Positions 59,346-64,000 of a DNA stretch of 64,000 bases are shown in pieces. The number at the start of each line of letters is the position of its first letter. Position 1 is the stretch's first letter. The notes below the pieces were generated by a model. It was given only the letters and a program-made list of their open reading frames with translations. It ran no database searches and was not told where the DNA came from. Source of the stretch: Phaeosaccion multiseriatum (Eukaryota; Protista; Ochrophyta, other classes); contig OZ218951.1 in assembly GCA_965112735.1 (NCBI GenBank), positions 2,170,001 through 2,234,000 on the forward strand, read 5' to 3'. Made by a program: the position numbers and the translations under genes.

Positions 59346-60917
59346 GGACTGAGGGCCGCCGGTGCATGTGGGATGATCACGGATGGGAGTGGTAGGCGAA
59401 GGGGTCGCGATATAGTTGGCCGGGTTAGGCCTGTGACGAGCATAGCGCCCACCGAAGGAAGGCACTGGTACCTATCGCTCGCCAGGGCAATGGAAGATTT
59501 TGCTCACTGGCGAAAGGGGTCCTCTCGTGCGGCGCCATGAATGGGGGAGTGTAGGCAAGAGGCAGCGGGGGACGGGAGAGAGAGAGGGAGGGAGAGGGAG
59601 CGAGGAAGGGAGCGAGGCAGGAGGCGAGAGGGAGGGAGGGAGGAGGGGAAGGGAGCCGAGCGACAGGAGGGCAACTACGAGGGATGGGGGGCCACTCTTC
59701 ACCCGCAGCTTCATGTCCAAGCTTCGAATGCTTCATCGGAAAAGCGGCGCATCGCAGTGTCGATCATCCGAAGCACTCACAGGGTCCTGCTATCCGCGCA
59801 CCAGGTTACGTCGCGGGCTTGGCTCTTTGATGCTTCCACGACAGTCACATCAGAACAGGGCTAGGGTTAGGGTTAGTGTAAGGAACTGGGCTCATGGCGC
59901 TTCTGCACAGTACGTGCTTCGTACGTGAGAAAATGATTCGGAAGGCGGTCAACGATGGAACTGCTGCAGCCCTTTGCGGTATCGTAATACATCGTCGTCA
60001 CCAGGCCCCTGCACTCGGCCTTCTGCCTACGGTCTTCCCGGGCGCTCTGCCTGCTGTCTTCGTATGCCTGACTCAGGGCCTTGCCCTCCTGCGGGCTGCC
60101 TCTCCGCAAGGTCCTTCCGGCTGACCCGCGCACTCCCGAGCTCCGCGAGACTGCTCGTTCGCGAGAAGGTGTGGTGTTTATGCCATAGGATGCTGACACT
60201 CGGTCCAGTATAAGAAGAACTTCTTCGTGTCGTGATCACAGATTCTCACCAAGCCTTGGGCCGGTGTTTCCGTGCCCTGAGTCCTCCCCTGTAGCCCCCT
60301 CCTCAGAGCGCAACACGCTACACGGGCGGCCCTGTGGTAGGCAGCAATACGTACTCCTGTGAGAGAGGCACCACACTTAGGTCCCAAAGGTGAGAACCAC
60401 ATGGAATGGGTGGCTCAGCTTCTTGACGCGCTGTAGAGGGCCCGAACAGCTCGCCCGCTTCGTGTTCACGTAAGTCATTGTAGCTATGCCGCGGAGCAGC
60501 GCGGAGGCAGTCGGAGGGGAGACAGTCAGCAGAGCAGGCCCAAGGCGCGAGAACAGCATCAGGGCTGCACGCGATCCTCTTTGCAGAGCAGTGTGCCGTC
60601 GTAGCTTCTTCCTCCGCCATGCTCCCAGCCTGTGCGTCATCGCCACCAGCACGCGTGGGGCCCAGCGCTTCCTACCCAGTGTGCTAAGGAACCTCGTCCG
60701 CTGCCTTCCCGCCTGACCACCTGCCCCGGACAACCCTCTGGCCATACCCATACACCTGCAAATCTTGGCACGGGTTGTCACGATCACTTATCAAGGGGGG
60801 TGGTCCAAAAAAAGGGCTCCAGGAGGGGTGCATTTTTTTTTGTTTTTCTCTGCCTTGCTCACAACCACAGTTGCCTCAGGCCTCGCTACTGCCCCGCAAG
60901 ACTACCAGCAAAGCACC

Positions 60918-61641
60918 ATGACTCGCGTCATCCTCACTCTCTTCGCCCTGCTCTTCGTGGCAGTGCTCTCCGGCGCCGCCGAAGTCCCCGACACCATCAA
61001 GGACAAGCCGGCCCGCAAGCTGTAAGTTCAAGCATCGGATCTTGCCTGCTTGTGCCCGTGCACGTCCTCTACACTCGCTCCGCTCTCCTCTTCTCGGCTC
61101 TCGCACACCTCTTCTCTGCCTCACGCTCCGCTCGACATATGTTGTACGCTCGCTTTTGCCCCTGCCGCCTCCGTTCCGCCCTTCGTCCCTCCCCCGTCGC
61201 TCTTCACCTTCACTCCGGGCGCCGCTCCGCTACAGGAGCTACGGCTCTCGAGGCGAAGGCCACCAGAGGGGACGCAAACTGTAAGTGACGTCGTCTCCCT
61301 ACATCGCTCACACCTGCTTACTGTCTGTCTCTCACCGTCTTTCCCTTTCCACTCCGCGCTCCTCCTCATCTACTCGGATCCAATTGACTCCCCGCCGGCA
61401 TCGACCCGGATCGTGTGCGCCCCCCCCCGCTCAACTTCTTGGGCATCCTTTACCCCTGGCGATAACAGCTACCACTGGGGCGGATGGGGCGGATGGGGAT
61501 GGGGCAAGTGGGGCAAGTGGGGCAAGTGGGGCAAGTGGGGAGGGTGAGTGCTGGTGGTGCAAGTGGGGACTGGTATATATGCGTGTCCGTCTCACGTCTG
61601 TCCTCCTCCCTTCGCCTCCTCCTTCGCGCTGCAGCTGGTGA
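60918..61641 (+). CDS. Secreted RKL-delimited propeptide, WG/WGK type (gene B), 4 exons
   Basis: Exons 60918-61021, 61236-61280, 61469-61543 and 61635-61641, all phase 2. Product: MTRVILTLFALLFVAVLSGAAEVPDTIKDKPARKL-SYGSRGEGHQRGRKL-YHWGGWGGWGWGKWGKWGKWGKWGGW. Confidence 0.8.
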
Positions 61642-62698
61642 GCGATGTCCATCTTCCGGATGGGTCTATCTCCGCCCCCGCCCATCGTTCGCGTTCGCGC
61701 GCTGCTCTGATGGCAAGCACCTTCACCACCAGCAGGTGCTCGGTGCTCCGGAGCTTTCGACAACAAGCTTCGTGTGACCATAGGCAGAGAGAAAGGATCC
61801 TTATTTATTTATTTATTTGATATAATAATTGCATCCGCAGCTTTCGACAACAACAAGCTTCGTGTGACCATAGGTAGAGAGAAAGGATCCTTATTTATTA
61901 TATATAATAATTTGCATTAATATTCAGTCACGCAACTTAAGATCCTTCTCAGAGCGATGTCTCGGCCCCGACATGTGTGCTCCTTGAGTGCTTCCTCTCC
62001 CTTGTAAGGCGACTCGCACGCGGAGAGCATTCTCACTCCAAGCCAGAACAAACTGCTGATCCAAATCTATGAGGCAAGATCCCATGCCTTGGATCGCAGG
62101 AGGGGGGGAGTTCCGTTGCTTGGGGCGAGGGGGCAGCGGCAGCAAGGCTGTGTTGAGTGCGGACAGACGCGACCGCGCAGCTGCTGCCTAGATGAGCGGT
62201 GCCTGCCTTTTGCCTCCACACGAGCACGACCCCCGCCTAGGACCTGGCGTTCACCTTTTATCATTGTGTGTTTATCAAGGCAGTACCCTTCTAAGCTACG
62301 ACTACGACTACATGCGGGCACAGCAAGCCCTCGGCCTCGGTCCATCGGGATTACACTCTCCCCCCTTCAAACGAATTGACCTTCCCTCTCCCCCACCCCC
62401 TCAAGCCATACACTTCACCCATTGATCCCGTAAGCTACACACGTGACTCCCCTCCCCCCCCGACCCCCTACCTCCTGTGCTCCGCTCCTCTCTGCGACAG
62501 AGGATCGCAATCACTTCACCGCTGTTACACCAAGCCAGTGTGCCGTGGGCAGTCTCTCTCGCGCATCACATCCTGATGTACAGGCTCACTCGCATGGGCG
62601 GCATGACTGGTGCAACTGAGCAGCTGGAGCGGTACTCTTTCGTTGCCAAAGTCGTCGCTGCCCTACCAGCCCCCACCCCGCACATCCCTCCTGCTCGT

Positions 62699-64000
62699 TC
62701 AGCCCATCTCCTCCGCCATGCTCTCCCACGTCTCGCTCTGCACCCCCCCGGGCCTCTCCAGCGGCAGGATTCCGCTCTCCTTGCCGAAGGTCTTATCCGT
62801 CCTTCGCATGAGGTCCAGCGCGGTTTGGGACCGGAAGAAGGCTGCTGCTGCCTCCATAAGTCGCTGCTCGATGCCGAGGCCGAACTGACACCGCCGTGCC
62901 CCAGCCAACGCCTTGTCCACCGAAGCACCGGCCGAGAGGAGCTGCCGCACAATGCTGTGCTGATCACTGCAGATAGCGGCAACCAGCGGGGAAGGGACGT
63001 TTACTCTTGAGGCATCCACGGGGGATCCCACAGAGATGAGACGAGCGACGACGGCCTCGTGCCCATTCAGCGCGGCAAGTTCGAGGGGTGTTGCGCCATT
63101 GTTGGCCCCTTTGTCCACCTGTGCTCCCGCACAGAGAAGCTTCTCCACCACGGCGTCGTGTCCATCTTGAGAGGCGATATGAAGAGCAGTGAAACCTTCG
63201 GGGTCAGCCTTGTCGATGGGGGGTCCCGCAGAGATCAGACGAGCGACGACGGCCTCGTGCCCATTCTGCGCGGCAAGGATGAGGGGTGAATTGCCGGTGG
63301 TGGTCCATTTGTCTACCTGTGCTCCCGCACAGAGAAGCTTCTCCACCACGGCGTCGTGTCCATATTGAGAGGCAAGGTGAAGAGCAGTGAAACCTTCGTG
63401 GTCAGCCTTGTCGATGATGGCGTGAGCCCTGATGAGCTGCTGTACAATTCCCGCACGCCCATAGGTCGATGCCTGCAGAAGCGGAGTAGCCCCGAGATTA
63501 TCTGCGTGGTTCACATCCGCTTGGGCTGAGATGAGGAGCCTTACAACAGAGCCATGCCCGTTGTGAGCGGCCATCCAAATCGGAGAAAACCCCTGCTTCT
63601 CCGCCAAGTCGACACTAGCGCGCGCCGAAAGCAGCCGCTGCACTATCGTGGAGTGCCCTCTACCTGAGGCTGCCATCAAGGGAGTAACTCCTGCGTCATT
63701 CGCTTCGTCGAAAGGGGCTCCAATGACCAACAGCCGCCTCACCACCTGATCGTGTCCGTTGCCGGCAGCGCATATCAACGCCGTGTCTCCAAAGGGCCCG
63801 CCTCTGGTTCTGAAGGAGGCCCCTTCCCGCAACAGAAGGTCCACGACATCCAGTCGACCGTATCTTGAAGCGCAGAGTGCAGACGAATAGCCCTCTTCAT
63901 CGATAGGCTGATCCAAACTCGCTTTGCCGTGCTTGGCGATGAGCTTCCCAATCAGCGCTCTCACAGTGAGGAAGCTATCTCCCCTTGCCAGAGCCTGTCC
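62699..64000 (-). CDS. Ankyrin-repeat protein, second copy; 5' end beyond the window
   Basis: Close paralogue of 50556-52370, 99 aa shorter over the equivalent ORF (421 vs 520 aa). Confidence 0.9.
   Translation of the reverse strand, partial: GQALARGDSFLTVRALIGKLIAKHGKASLDQPIDEEGYSSALCASRYGRLDVVDLLLREGASFRTRGGPFGDTALICAAGNGHDQVVRRLLVIGAPFDEANDAGVTPLMAASGRGHSTIVQRLLSARASVDLAEKQGFSPIWMAAHNGHGSVVRLLISAQADVNHADNLGATPLLQASTYGRAGIVQQLIRAHAIIDKADHEGFTALHLASQYGHDAVVEKLLCAGAQVDKWTTTGNSPLILAAQNGHEAVVARLISAGPPIDKADPEGFTALHIASQDGHDAVVEKLLCAGAQVDKGANNGATPLELAALNGHEAVVARLISVGSPVDASRVNVPSPLVAAICSDQHSIVRQLLSAGASVDKALAGARRCQFGLGIEQRLMEAAAAFFRSQTALDLMRRTDKTFGKESGILPLERPGGVQSETWESMAEEMG

Larger units (their letters stand above)
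60789..64000. repeat. Segmental duplication of about 48340-52150 (peptide gene plus convergent ankyrin gene)
   Basis: High identity is visible through promoter, introns, 3' UTR, spacer and ankyrin CDS, with indels in the spacer. Confidence 0.9.

Noticed and set aside
59858-59877. GGGCTAGGGTTAGGGTTAG and intronic (CCCTGA)n/(GGGTCA)n as telomeric repeats
   Set aside because: They are too short or variant and are internal, consistent with the general microsatellite load.
45757-64000. Endogenous giant-virus insertion
   Set aside because: There are no viral hallmark genes (capsid, polymerase, packaging ATPase), and neighbouring genes have spliceosomal introns. CPW and ankyrin repeats alone are insufficient.

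Overview
Eukaryotic, GC-rich, intron-dense DNA. The organism is probably a stramenopile alga (inference from a plastid-type bipartite presequence and the gene families present). Introns are filled with microsatellites, so most ORFs in the supplied track are artefacts and I rebuilt the genes from splice sites by eye. Bases 1-45.3 kb hold five genes: a TPR plus SAM methyltransferase, a DUF2993-like protein, a signal peptidase I, a very large protein with CCDC81-like HU domains fused to a dynein-heavy-chain-like tail lacking any motor domain, and an OSCA/TMEM63/CSC1-like channel. Bases 45.7-64 kb are a duplicated, fast-evolving cluster of CPW-type ankyrin-like genes, classical ankyrin genes and pseudogenes. 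That cluster also contains a family of tiny multi-exon secreted propeptide genes that the ORF track shows only as fragments. In these genes every intron is phase 2 and most exon junctions fall in or just after an R-K-L/R-E-L motif, so each exon encodes roughly one putative peptide. Two copies end in Trp/Gly/Lys/Arg-rich peptides, and a divergent paralogue alternates Asp/Glu-rich and Pro/Ser/Thr-rich peptides. This resembles RXL-processed diatom cell-wall precursors (silacidin, silaffins, cingulins) and is the best candidate for an undescribed system here.
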